Positions 11,312 through 21,433 of a stretch of DNA of 64,000 nucleotides are shown here, one piece after another. The stretch is from NCBI GenBank assembly GCA_963700285.1, contig CAVOXA010000006.1, forward strand, positions 142,253 to 206,252, read 5' to 3'. A program made the position numbers and the translations under genes. A model generated the notes under the pieces. That model was not told the origin of the DNA. It searched no databases and was given only the letters and a program-made list of their open reading frames with translations. The first letter of the stretch is position 1. Every line of letters starts with the position of its first letter. This stretch comes from an uncultured Chloroflexia bacterium. GTDB lineage: Bacteria; Chloroflexota; Anaerolineae; JAAYZQ01.

Positions 11312-12214
11312 ATGTCCGTGTATCCCACCACCTACCGAACGCTGCGCCGCCATTGGTTCCATCGCTTTCTCTTCTTTCTGCTGGGGATCGTATTGCTGTA
11401 TGCGCCCTTTGCCCTGTTCACGCGTCTCGTCCTGTGGCTGTCAGGCAGCCCCCTGCTGCCGGATGCGCACCGCATCTGTCTGCGCATGCCAATCCAATGG
11501 CTGGCCCAACCCTGGATGTACGGGACCATGATCCAGCAACCGGCCTACTTGGTGGCCATCCTGGTCCTGCCCGGAATCGCCCTATTTGTTGGACCGGTGT
11601 TCTGTGGCTGGATGTGCCCGGCCGGCGGGATGACAGAATACCTGAGCCGGCTGGTTCCCCCGCGCTTTCAGATGGACCTGGGGGGCAAGGTCAACCCGGT
11701 TCCGATCCGCTACGGCTTTACGGTGGGCATGATGGTCGCCTCGTTCATCGGCGGCAACGTCTGCTGCTCGTTCTGCAACTTTACCCACACCCAGAACATC
11801 ATCAGCGCCGTGTTCGGCGACTTTACGGGGATCACCTACTGGGCCTCTTTCATGGTCATCAGCTTTGTGCTGTGGTTCGTTGTCCTGGGACTGTTTACCA
11901 AAGGCGGGCGCGGCTGGTGTAACCTTCTGTGTCCCGCCGGCGCGCTTCAGGGTCTGACCCATTCGCTGGGCCGCTGGCTGCGCCTGGGCCACTCGGTTCA
12001 GATCCAGCAGAACCAGTGCCGCGGCTGCAAGACCTGTGTCTCGACTTGCCCCACCTGGGCCATCTCGGTAAAAGAGGACAGGATGCAGATCAATTCCCAC
12101 GCATGCAACGTCTGCATGGACTGCAGCAAGGTCTGCAGCCGTAATGCCATCGCCTTCCGCCGGAACCGTGGTACCGCTAGTCAAGCCGCGTCAGAGCCAG
12201 TCCAGGCCAGCTAA
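11312..12214 (+). CDS. Membrane polyferredoxin, NapH/MauN/NosH-like 4Fe-4S protein
   Basis: FCGWMCPAG and WCNLLCPAG (CxxxCP) plus two ferredoxin motifs CRGCKTCVSTCP and CNVCMDCSKVC; several TM helices. Confidence 0.85.
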   Translation: MSVYPTTYRTLRRHWFHRFLFFLLGIVLLYAPFALFTRLVLWLSGSPLLPDAHRICLRMPIQWLAQPWMYGTMIQQPAYLVAILVLPGIALFVGPVFCGWMCPAGGMTEYLSRLVPPRFQMDLGGKVNPVPIRYGFTVGMMVASFIGGNVCCSFCNFTHTQNIISAVFGDFTGITYWASFMVISFVLWFVVLGLFTKGGRGWCNLLCPAGALQGLTHSLGRWLRLGHSVQIQQNQCRGCKTCVSTCPTWAISVKEDRMQINSHACNVCMDCSKVCSRNAIAFRRNRGTASQAASEPVQAS

Positions 12215-12251
12215 ACAAGCGCAGAGAACCTGGCCCATCAGGAGGTATAAC

Positions 12252-12497
12252 ATGTTACGTAAACTGAGCGAGAAGCTGCGCAAGCTGAGCAACAGGCTCC
12301 ATTCGTTCACCCTGGGGACGACGACTAGCCCTGTTCGCCGTGCTCTTGAGCCAGGCCGGCCAGAGCTGCGCCCTCACGGGCCAGTGAACGACTTGCGGAG
12401 CCTGCGTGCCCAGGCTGCTGCCCATCCTGGCCCTGCCACTCCTGGCGGATGGCCTATTAACCGTGACCGGCAAGGTATTGAGCACCGTGACCGGTAG
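12252..12497 (+). CDS. Small basic hypothetical protein (81 aa)
   Basis: AGGAGG 6 nt before ATG; MLRKLSEKLRKLSNRLHS amphipathic start; no recognisable family. Confidence 0.4.
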   Translation: MLRKLSEKLRKLSNRLHSFTLGTTTSPVRRALEPGRPELRPHGPVNDLRSLRAQAAAHPGPATPGGWPINRDRQGIEHRDR

Positions 12498-12540
12498 AGA
12501 ATAGAATTAGGACTAGATAGAGCAAATGGACCCCGTGCAT

Positions 12541-12787
12541 GTCGTTGCGAGTTTATCCATGGCGCGGGGCACCACTCTATGTCTCAGAACCTCGTTCCTC
12601 GGGAGGCCGTCATCCTGAGCGCCAGCGAAGGATCTCTTTTATGCATAGCCGAGATTCTTCACTTCGTTCAGAATGACGAACTATCGGCTCCTTGGTCGGA
12701 GCGGAGCGATGAAGCAATCCCCCCTTGTGCCAGGCAGTCGGTTTCTTACGAGTACGTGGAGATTGCTTCGCTGCGCTCGCAATGACA
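12541..12787. repeat. Cluster of REP-like palindromic elements (GTCATCCTGAG..CAGAATGAC and GAAGCAATC..CTCGCAATGAC types)
   Basis: Nested inverted repeats between convergent genes; the first ~40 nt (gtcgttgcgag...ccatggcgcggggcaccactcta) match the unit of the 57.8-kb array. Confidence 0.7.
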
Positions 12788-12815
12788 GATCTGTCATTTC
12801 CGCCTTGAATAGGTA

Positions 12816-13809
12816 CTAGGTTCGGGGCAGTCGCAGCCCCAGGTCCAGCGACAACGCCCGGCGGTAGATCTCGGGCAGGATGGCCGCATATTCGCCCCAG
12901 ATGCCCAAGGCCAGGTAGACGATCACCTCTTCCGCCGACTCGCGGCCCGCCTTTCGCCCGGCAACGATGTCGGGCCACTGGGCATACACGTCCTCGGGGC
13001 CAAACAGCCCCAGTTCGTCGAGCATGCCCAATTCCGGTATGCGGGGCCGGACGTAGCGCCAGTTGTCCACGACGACCTTGTCCGCTTCCGTGAGCACCTC
13101 CAGGGCGATCTCCTGGTAGGAGCCCATGCGACCGACAAAGGCGCCGGGCTTGAGCCAATCCCGCTCAACCAGGGGCTGGTCGCCGGTGGTCACGGTAAAG
13201 ACAATGTCCGAAGCGCGAACAGCCCGCTCGCGTTCCGCCAGCGGCACAGCAGTCACCGGAATGCCCACCTCCGGAGCCAGCTCCTCAGCATAGGCCACCG
13301 CGGCAGCGGGAAGGATGTCGATGATGTAGGCCTGGCGCAGATCAAAGCGGTGGCAAAGGGCGCGCAGATGCATCCGGCCCAGCGTTCCCAGCGCCAAAGA
13401 TGGTGACCACCTCGGCCCCCGGCAGCGCCAGATAGGCCGCCGTCACCGCGCTGGAGGCGCCCGTCTTGAGGGCGGTCACATAGCCGCCCTCCATGATGCA
13501 GGCCGGCAGTCCGGTCTCCGCGTCAAAGAGTAGCACCATGGAGGAGGTGGTCAGGGTTCCAAAGCGTTCAGGGTTGCCAGGAAAGTAGCTAAAGGTCTTG
13601 ACAAAGGCCAGTTCTTCGCCCTGCATATAGCCGGAAAAGGGCTTGACGAAACCGGCCGGGGCGACGTCCATATAGAATTTGTCCCCAGCCACCCGGCCCG
13701 CGGCGTCGGCGCGGATCCCGATCTCGGCCAGATCCACCGTTTCGGCCATGGTGAGGGTCTGCTGCACGTCCGATTCCGTCAGATAGAGAATCGATTCTGG
13801 TACCGGCAT
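12816..13809 (-). CDS. Ornithine cyclodeaminase/mu-crystallin family protein (one frameshift at ~13385)
   Basis: ILYLTESDV, LLFDAETGLP, TALKTGASSAV, Rossmann IFGAG, SDIVFTVT, WLKPGAFV. Confidence 0.85.
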
Positions 13810-13933
13810 GTCGTCTCCTCTTACGCTGAAGACCTGACAGGGCAGATGTGAAACAGCCGTGTCCGATCGGCAGCATGGTGCATTTATGTCACCTTCGGGC
13901 AGCGCAATTCTCGCAACCCAGGCCAGAAACCCG

Positions 13934-15265
13934 TCAGATCTGCAAGCTGGCGTCCGCGATGTCCAGGGCGCCATCGATCACGGCCAAACCTTCGGCAATC
14001 TGATCAGCATCGATGCACAGGGGCGGCACGGCAAAGATCCAGTTCCACTTGACAAAGGTGTAGAGCCCCTTTTCGCAAAGATAGCGCGCGACCTCGGGCA
14101 TGGGGCCGAGCTCAGAGGACTTGGCGTTCCAGGGGGCCAGCGGTTCGCGCGTCTCCCGGTCCTTGACCAGCTCCAGGATCCAAAAGAGCCCGATGCCCCG
14201 CACATCGCCGACACTGGGATGCCGTGCCTTGAGGTCGGCCAGCCCCTCAGCCATCACCGCGCCCATCCGCCGCGCATTCTCCAGCAGATTGTCTTCCTGG
14301 TAGACCTGGAGCGCAGCAATGCCTGCCGCGCAGGACATGGGGTGGCCACTGTAGGTCAGCCCACCCCAGAAGACCTGGTCCTCAAAGTACCGGGCGATCT
14401 TGTCCGAGACGATGACGGCCCCCAGCGGCAGATAGCCCGAGGTGATGCCCTTGGCCGTGGTGATGATGTCGGGCACGACGCCCCAGTTGTCAACGGCGAA
14501 CCACTGGCCGGTCCGCCCAAAGCCGCTCATCACCTCGTCGGCGATGAGCAGGATGCCATAGCGGTCGCAGAGATCGCGCAGGCGAGGCCAATAGTCGTCG
14601 GGCGGCACGATGATGCCGTTGGTGCCGGTCACTCCCTCGGCCAGGATGGCGGCCACGTTCTCTGGTCCTTCAAACTGTACCACCTGCTCGATGTGGCTGA
14701 TGCACTCGCGGGCGCAGGTCTCTGGCTCCTGGCCAAAGACGCAGCGGTAGCAGTGGGGGTCAAAGACACGCACGATGCCGGGGATGCCCGGTTCGATGGG
14801 CAGGCGGCGCGGGTCACCGCTGGCACTCATGGCCCCGTAGGTCGCGCCGTGGTAGGAGCGATAGCGGGTGATGATCTTGTTGCGGCCGGTAGCCAGGCGG
14901 GCGATCTTGATGGCGTTTTCTGTGGCCTCCGCCCCGCCCAGCGTGAAAAAGGTCTTGTTCAGGTCACCGGGCGCGATCTCGGCCAGCATCATGCCCAGCT
15001 CGCCCCGAGGTTGCGTGGCGAAGGACGGCGCCACGTAGGTCAGTTTGTCGGCCTGCGCCTTGATGGCTTCCACCACCCTGGCATTGCCGTGGCCGATGTT
15101 GACGTTCATCAACTGGGCCGAAAAGTCCAGGTAGCGCTTGCCATCGGCATCCCAGAGATAGACGCCCTCCGCCCGGTCAATGGGAATGGGGTTCACCGCC
15201 CCCTGGCTCGCCCAGGCAAAAAACGTGTATTCCCGGTTCATACAAATAATCTCTGCGTTGTCCAT
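13934..15265 (-). CDS. Class-III (omega-amine) PLP aminotransferase
   Basis: YLDFSAQLMNVNIGH, SYHGAT, IADEVMSGFGRTG, TTAKGITSGYLPLG. Confidence 0.93.
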   Translation of the reverse strand: MDNAEIICMNREYTFFAWASQGAVNPIPIDRAEGVYLWDADGKRYLDFSAQLMNVNIGHGNARVVEAIKAQADKLTYVAPSFATQPRGELGMMLAEIAPGDLNKTFFTLGGAEATENAIKIARLATGRNKIITRYRSYHGATYGAMSASGDPRRLPIEPGIPGIVRVFDPHCYRCVFGQEPETCARECISHIEQVVQFEGPENVAAILAEGVTGTNGIIVPPDDYWPRLRDLCDRYGILLIADEVMSGFGRTGQWFAVDNWGVVPDIITTAKGITSGYLPLGAVIVSDKIARYFEDQVFWGGLTYSGHPMSCAAGIAALQVYQEDNLLENARRMGAVMAEGLADLKARHPSVGDVRGIGLFWILELVKDRETREPLAPWNAKSSELGPMPEVARYLCEKGLYTFVKWNWIFAVPPLCIDADQIAEGLAVIDGALDIADASLQI

Positions 15266-15290
15266 TTGTAGCTCTCTTCTAACTCAGTAA

Positions 15291-15386
15291 GATCCTCCCG
15301 CGGGTTGCGTGCATTCGGCTTGGCACAAAATTGTGCGGGATCTGCCCATAGCCACGCAGTTTCCACGGCAAACCCGCGGGAGGATC
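15291..15386. repeat. Intergenic 16-bp perfect inverted repeat enclosing internal hairpins
   Basis: gatcctcccgcgggtt (15291-15306) / aacccgcgggaggatc (15371-15386). Confidence 0.7.
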
Positions 15387-15431
15387 GCTCCTTCATTTGT
15401 CAAGACCACTTGCTGCCGCCTGCCAGCCAGG

Positions 15432-16607
15432 TCACACTTTCCTGGTCACCGAGACCTGGGTCGCGATGCCTCGCGCCTCCAGCTCGGCAAAGAAGGCATT
15501 GGGGTCTACGGACATCTCCGGCGGGAAGACGCCAGGGCCTGGTACGCGGCCGGCTGCCAGCCATTGGGCCACGATGGACGGACCCACGCCCGTAGGCAGC
15601 GAGCCAACCGGCGTCAGCGTGCCCAGCCGGTAGGTCACCTCTTGCCCATCCTTTGTACCGGCTATCTCTGTGACGATTTCTTTGGTCCACCGAGTAGGAT
15701 CCACAGCTTCCTGCAGGAAAGCATCCAGCGGCGGAACATAGTCGGCCATGAGTTCCACCAGCAGCTCGCGCGGGTAGACCGGCGCACCCCGCAGTTGGAC
15801 GGGTTCCGAACTGGCAAAACCCAGATCGGCCAGCAGCCGGACCTTGGCAAAGGCATCGGGGCTCATGCCCCAGTAGTTGATCTTGAAAAAGCACTCGCGC
15901 AGCCCCTTGTCAGCAAAAGAAATCGGCAGGGTGGCCACTTCCGAATGCAGCGAGAGGTGGCAGCGGAGCAGGCCAACCGGAGGCGTAAACCAGTAGTCCT
16001 CTTCGCCGGAGAGGGGCTCCTCCTCTACAAATTCGCCGCCGCGAAAGACCATGGGCGGCATGATCAGCTCGTCGATGATGGTCGGGATGGCATAACCAAA
16101 GCGAATATCATCGCCCGGCGGAGGCAGGATACCATCGTAGATGCGGATAGAATCCACCGTATCCAGGCGGTCGGCGGCATAGCGGGAGTGGACGTTGGGC
16201 ACGCCCGGCGCGCTGCCCATGCCCAGCACCGCCGTCAGCCCCGCCGCAGCAAAGTCGTCGTGCAAGGCCAACTGCTTGCGGGTGTTGAAAAAGAGGCCGC
16301 CCATGTCCGTATAGTGCGTCCCGGCCTCCAGGCACGCTTGCATCACCTCCAGGTTGAAATAGTAGTGCACGGCGTTGAGCACGGCGTCCGCGCCACGCAG
16401 CACCGCGACCAGTCCATCCCGGTCAGTTACGTCAACTTCCTTGACCGACACTTTGCCCCGTCCCACGGGCAGCAACGCCACCACCTTGTTTGCCAGCCCG
16501 GTATCGCGGTCGGCGATGATCACCTGCTCGACGCCATCACTGGCGGCCAGGTCCTTGACGGCGATGCGTCCCATCAGGCCCGCACCACCCAGCACGACGA
16601 TCTTCAT
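15432..16607 (-). CDS. Saccharopine dehydrogenase-family oxidoreductase (lysine 6-DH / carboxyspermidine DH-like), copy 1
   Basis: IVVLGGAGLMG, HYTDMGG, GMGSAPGVPN, HSEVATLP, GVFPPE. Confidence 0.9.
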   Translation of the reverse strand: MKIVVLGGAGLMGRIAVKDLAASDGVEQVIIADRDTGLANKVVALLPVGRGKVSVKEVDVTDRDGLVAVLRGADAVLNAVHYYFNLEVMQACLEAGTHYTDMGGLFFNTRKQLALHDDFAAAGLTAVLGMGSAPGVPNVHSRYAADRLDTVDSIRIYDGILPPPGDDIRFGYAIPTIIDELIMPPMVFRGGEFVEEEPLSGEEDYWFTPPVGLLRCHLSLHSEVATLPISFADKGLRECFFKINYWGMSPDAFAKVRLLADLGFASSEPVQLRGAPVYPRELLVELMADYVPPLDAFLQEAVDPTRWTKEIVTEIAGTKDGQEVTYRLGTLTPVGSLPTGVGPSIVAQWLAAGRVPGPGVFPPEMSVDPNAFFAELEARGIATQVSVTRKV

Positions 16608-16645
16608 GAGTTGTTTCCTCCTTGTCTCATCTGTCTAGTGCTATT

Positions 16646-17557
16646 TCACATCACTTTGTCCTGCAACACACCCCACACCTCATAGATCACCTTCAGCGCC
16701 GCAAACGAGGTGGCGTCCGATTGATCCAGGGGTGGCGATATCTCTACGACGTCCATGGCCCGCACCGGCAGCTCCTGGGTGACGATGCGCATCAGCTCCA
16801 GCAGATCCCTCGTGCTGGGGCCGCCGCCTTCAGGGGTGCCGGTTCCGGGCGCGTAGGCTGGATCCAGACCATCGATGTCCAGCGTCACATAGACAGCCGG
16901 AACACCCCGCAGCCGCGCCACTACCTCTTTGGCAATGGCTTCGATGCCCCGGAGGTAGCACTGGCGGGCGGTATGGTAGGTCATGCCCGGGTACGCGGCC
17001 ATCGACTCGCGGTCCTCCGGGCAGAAGCAGCGCACCCCGACAAAGACCATGCGCCAGGGATCTGACCCGGCAAGTTCCAAGGCTCGCCGCTCCGAACAAG
17101 CGTGGGACCAAGGATTCCCATCATAAGTATCCCACAGGTCAAAGTGAGCGTCAAAATGCAGGATGCCAAAGGGTCCATCGACAACCCGGTCAAAGGCCCG
17201 CATCAGCGGGATGGTCACCGAGTGATCCCCGCCCAGGAACAGGGCAAGGGGGTGCTGCAGCGCCTCCACGGCTCGCTCTTCGACCATCGGCAGGTCCCGG
17301 GGCCAGGCCAGGTCGGACGGCACGTCGCCATAGTCCCGCACCCGTACCCGCAGTGGTTCTCCTTCTTCGGCGCTGGGCGCGAGCTGCAGCGTCAATTCGC
17401 GCAGCTTTGCAGGAGCTTGAGCCGCGCCAAGACGGTGCTGGGCTGCCCCATCGAATGGGATGCCCAGCACGCCGACCTCAGCGCCCGGATCCTCGCTGGC
17501 CAGCCCGCTCCACACGTCGTGGTGGTCATGAGCGACTGGTGCAGTCGCCTCTGTCAT
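16646..17557 (-). CDS. speB: Agmatinase / ureohydrolase family
   Basis: GIPFD, LGGDHSVT, HFDAHFD, TLDIDGLDPAYAPGTGTPEGGG; metal ligands intact. Confidence 0.85.
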   Translation of the reverse strand: MTEATAPVAHDHHDVWSGLASEDPGAEVGVLGIPFDGAAQHRLGAAQAPAKLRELTLQLAPSAEEGEPLRVRVRDYGDVPSDLAWPRDLPMVEERAVEALQHPLALFLGGDHSVTIPLMRAFDRVVDGPFGILHFDAHFDLWDTYDGNPWSHACSERRALELAGSDPWRMVFVGVRCFCPEDRESMAAYPGMTYHTARQCYLRGIEAIAKEVVARLRGVPAVYVTLDIDGLDPAYAPGTGTPEGGGPSTRDLLELMRIVTQELPVRAMDVVEISPPLDQSDATSFAALKVIYEVWGVLQDKVM

Positions 17558-17685
17558 TTGTCCCCCCTTCGCGCAATCCAGACCTCGGAGGTGTGGTTTC
17601 GAGGTCAGGACCGCGACGATGCGCAGGCTCCAACCGGTGCAAGCAAAGCGCCTGCAACAGAGACCTCCGAGGTCTCGGGTTTCGC

Positions 17686-18825
17686 CTACAATTCTTCTAC
17701 CTTCTCATGGATCTGGATCCCGCGCCGGGCCAGTTCCCGAAAAAAGATCTCGGGATCGATGGCCGTCTCTGGCGGGACGACGCCCCGCACCTGGACGTCG
17801 CCGCGGGTGATCATCTGGACGCCGATGCTGAGCGGAATGGCAATGTTCTTGTAGTAGGCCGCCTTGCCGCCCCACTCGTCCATGCCCGGGTGGCGGTTCC
17901 AGTAGGTGTACTTGCGATCGCGCCCATCCACCTTGCCCATGACCTCCACCACGAGGCCGTAGGCCCAGAGCGGCGTCTCTTTGCTGTCAGGGAGCGCCAA
18001 CAGAACCTCGTACATCATCTCAAAGGCCGTGGTCTCTATGCCCTTGACTGTAATCGGCTGCTCGCTGTAGAGGCCCGATTCCAGCATCGACTTGGCCAGC
18101 CGCATGGCGTGGGGCGGGAAGCAGCCGCGCACCGATACCGCGCGGGCGCCCAGGCTCTTGGGCATGGTGCGCACCTCGGGATGGGGGATGTAGCACACCT
18201 CCTGCTCGCCAATGGGGCCAGGAAAGGTCATCTTTTGCACGCCCTCAAAGGGCCCCACCCGGTGGTAGACGCCATCCTCGTAGTAGAGCCGGTCGTCCAG
18301 CTCGGGGTGGAACTCCCACAGGAAGGTGACGAGCAGCCCGGGGGACGGGGCTGGGCAGCGAAAGGCGGCAAAGTAGATCTTGATCTCGTCCACCTCATCC
18401 AGTTGGTCTGCCCCGCGCCGGGCCATGGCATTGGTAATGCCCGGCGTGGCGCCCATACCCGGGATGAACACCATGTCCTTGTCCACCGCTGCGGCGTGAT
18501 AGCTCCACTGATCCTCCTCGGTGGAGACGTCGAGCCCGTTCACGCCGACCTCAACGCAGGCCCTGGTCACGGCCAGATCATACTTCCACGGCAGGCCGTT
18601 GAGGATGACGTCATAGTTGGAAAAGGTCCTCACCAGCTCATCGTGGTCCTCCGCGTTCACCTGGACCACCCGCAGACGTGGATCGCCGATTTCGGCGGCC
18701 AGCTTTTCCGCAGCGGCGACGTCATAGTCGCCGATGACAATCTCGTCAAAGTCCGAGAACTGGGCCAGGTCGCGGGTGGCATGCTGGCAGACGGCGCCCG
18801 CGCCGCCCAAAGATAGTACTTTCAC
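17686..18825 (-). CDS. Saccharopine dehydrogenase-family oxidoreductase, copy 2
   Basis: VLSLGGAGAV, GMGATPGITN, HPEVRTMP, GVVPPE. Confidence 0.9.
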   Translation of the reverse strand: MKVLSLGGAGAVCQHATRDLAQFSDFDEIVIGDYDVAAAEKLAAEIGDPRLRVVQVNAEDHDELVRTFSNYDVILNGLPWKYDLAVTRACVEVGVNGLDVSTEEDQWSYHAAAVDKDMVFIPGMGATPGITNAMARRGADQLDEVDEIKIYFAAFRCPAPSPGLLVTFLWEFHPELDDRLYYEDGVYHRVGPFEGVQKMTFPGPIGEQEVCYIPHPEVRTMPKSLGARAVSVRGCFPPHAMRLAKSMLESGLYSEQPITVKGIETTAFEMMYEVLLALPDSKETPLWAYGLVVEVMGKVDGRDRKYTYWNRHPGMDEWGGKAAYYKNIAIPLSIGVQMITRGDVQVRGVVPPETAIDPEIFFRELARRGIQIHEKVEEL

Positions 18826-19065
18826 GATTGCCCTCCATGATTCTTGGTTTTGATGTCGACACCTGACAGGGCGGAACTTGCGCGCGGCGCATCCGTTGGC
18901 AAATCTGCTCAGGTCTTTTCACTCCACTCCCGCCAGGCCTGTCGCTGAGACTCAGTCGAAGCGTCCGTGACCTGGCGGCTCCGGCTCACGTCGGTGCTCA
19001 TGCCGCTGGTCACGGACCAGCAGCGAGCAACAGAGAGCCAGCGACACTTGGACCAATAGACCGGA

Positions 19066-20377
19066 CTAGCCCTTGGCTTCCTTGACCGATTCCTCAAAGT
19101 AGGTCAATGTGTCGGCCACATCCTGTTCCGACAGCGCGGCGCACAGGAACCAGGGCTCCTCACCGTCGGGCTCAGGCATCGCTCCCCGGACCACCATTCC
19201 GGCGACGACTTTATCGTACAGCTCGGAGTCGACGCGCTGCCAGGAACGAAAGTCGATCGGCTCTTCCTCGCCGAAGGAGATGCCAAACATCGCTGGGACG
19301 CCCAGCATACTGTGGGGGATGTCCTGGTCGGTCAGGATGCCGTGGATGCCCGTCATCAGCGCCTCGCCCCGGGCCTTGACCGTATCCAGTACCCCTACCT
19401 CGGCAATGATCTCCAGGGTGGCGTCAGCCGCGGCGGTGCCCACGACGTTGCCGCAGTAGGTGCCGCCGTGCGCGGTGCGGCCCGGCCCGACGCTGGCCAT
19501 GACCTCCTTCTTGCCGCCAATGGCGGCGATGGGGTAGCCGTTGCCCATGGCCTTGGCGTAGGTGGACCAGGTCGCCCTGGATGCCAAACAACTCCTGCGC
19601 GCCGCCGGGCGCGACCCGGAAGCCGGTCTTGACTTCGTCGATGATCATGACGATGCCATACTCGTCGCAGAGCTCGCGGATCAGCTCCAGCCAGCCCGGC
19701 TGGGGCATGATGCCGCCCAGGTTGCCCATGATCGGCTCGACGATGATGGCCGCCACGTCGCCCCACGCCTGCCTGACCGTGCGCTCCAGCGTCTCAAGGT
19801 CGTTGTAGGGCAGCGAGATCACCAGCTCCTGGATGACCCTGGGAATGCCTGAGGTCATTGTCACCGGGATCGGGCTGCGGCTGTTGCCCATGGCCGAGAC
19901 CGGCGAGGAGGCGGTGGAAAAGAGCATATAGTCGTACATGCCGTGGTACTGGCCCTCGAATTTGATGATCTTTTCCCGGCCCGTGTGGCTACGGGCGATG
20001 CGCAGGGCGTGCATGGTCGCCTCGGTGCCCGAGTTGGCATAGCGTACCATGTCCACGCCGGGGCACATGGCCACGATCCGCTCGGCGACCTTGACCTCCA
20101 GCTCGTGCGTGAGGGCAAAGACCGTGCCGCTGTTGATCGCCTCGGCCACACGCTCGACGACGGTCGGGTGGCCGTGCCCCAGGATGACCGGACCATAGCC
20201 CAGCCGGTAGTCGATGTAGCGGTTGCCGTCGAAATCCCAGATGTAGGTCCCCTGGGCACGGGCCACCCCGATATTCTTCCCTTCGCCATAGTAGCGAAAG
20301 TTCGAGGTTACGCCAAAGGGCATCACCTTTTCGGCGCGCTTTTGAAAAGCATTGTTCTTTTCCATACTGTACGTCAT
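19066..20377 (-). CDS. Class-III aminotransferase, glutamate-1-semialdehyde aminomutase-like (frameshift at ~19570)
   Basis: MPFGVTSNFR, YIDYRLGYGPVILGH, NSGTEATM, FEGQYHG, IDEVKTGFR, TYAKAMGNGYP. Confidence 0.85.
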
Positions 20378-20479
20378 GTTTTCCTCCCTAGTCTTGGTCC
20401 AGTTTTCATTGCGTGCGTCAGCTTGTCTTACTCTCGGGCTTGCAAAGTCTCGGAAGGCTTTGGAAGTCTAGATCCGAGG

Positions 20480-21343
20480 TCACGGAATGTCAACATCTGA
20501 GACCGGCCTGACAAGGCGCCCGTAGGTGTCGGGTCGCCTGCGCCGGTAAAACCCGAATGTACTCCGCCAGCGATGCAAGAGGTCCGCATCGAGGTCAGCC
20601 ACAATGACTTCGGTCTGGTCCCGGCTGGCTTGAGCCAGGATCTTGCCCATGGGATTGCAGATGAAACTGCTGCCATAAAACGTCACGGCCTCCTCGCCAG
20701 TTCGGTTGGCGGCCGCGACGTAGACCTGGCTGGTGACGGCCTGCCCGCACATGGCTGTCCGCCAGGCTTCCATCGAGTCCATCTCTGGCTGGCCCGGCTC
20801 GGAACCGATGGCCGTGGGATAGAAAATAAACTCGGCGCCGTTCAGGGCGCAGATCCTCGACACCTCGGGGAACCATTGGTCGTAGCAGGTGGGCGCCGAG
20901 AGCTTGACCTTGCCCAGGTCGTGGACCGGGTACTCGCCGGCCCCAGAAAAGTAGTAGGTTTCACGGTATCCCTCGCCGTCTGGGATATGCACCTTGCGGC
21001 TGGAACCCGCCAGCGCCCCCCGGGAATCATGGAGTGTGGCCGTGTCGTAATAGCAGCCATCCGCCGCTTTCTCAAAGATGCTGCCCACCAGCCACAGCTC
21101 GTGGTCCCTGGCCAGCGCACCCAGGAACCTGTCCGATGGCCCACCGCGCAGGGGTTCCGCCCAGGTAAAGCCCGCGTCATCCATGGCGCTGGCAAAATAG
21201 GGCGAGAGGGTGAATTCTTGGAGGCAAACCAGCTCAGCGCCGCGGCCGGCCGCCTGGCCCACCAGGTCGCGATAGGTATCCATCATCGCCGTCCGGTCAC
21301 CCGGCCAGTGCGTCTGCGCGACGGCAACCCGTATGGTCTCCAC
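20480..21343 (-). CDS. Nitrilase-superfamily amidase, N-carbamoylputrescine amidase-like, copy 1
   Basis: Catalytic triad CLQE / RKVHIP / TCYDQWFPE, plus YPTAIGSEP. Confidence 0.85.
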   Translation of the reverse strand: METIRVAVAQTHWPGDRTAMMDTYRDLVGQAAGRGAELVCLQEFTLSPYFASAMDDAGFTWAEPLRGGPSDRFLGALARDHELWLVGSIFEKAADGCYYDTATLHDSRGALAGSSRKVHIPDGEGYRETYYFSGAGEYPVHDLGKVKLSAPTCYDQWFPEVSRICALNGAEFIFYPTAIGSEPGQPEMDSMEAWRTAMCGQAVTSQVYVAAANRTGEEAVTFYGSSFICNPMGKILAQASRDQTEVIVADLDADLLHRWRSTFGFYRRRRPDTYGRLVRPVSDVDIP

Positions 21344-21433
21344 ATACCCTCCCTTGAAGCTCGTCCCCTAGACCCCGGAGGTTGCGAACCAATCGGTTCG
21401 TCGAAAACCCCCGAGGTCCATCCCTTCAACCAG

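Noticed and set aside
12579-12785. 68-aa ORF MSQNLVPREAVILSASEGS
   Set aside because: It is the translation of REP-like palindromes; the same holds for the short ORFs in 57669-58721.
19066-20377. hemL in tetrapyrrole biosynthesis
   Set aside because: No hem/cob genes nearby; the context is amine catabolism, so only a family-level call is made.
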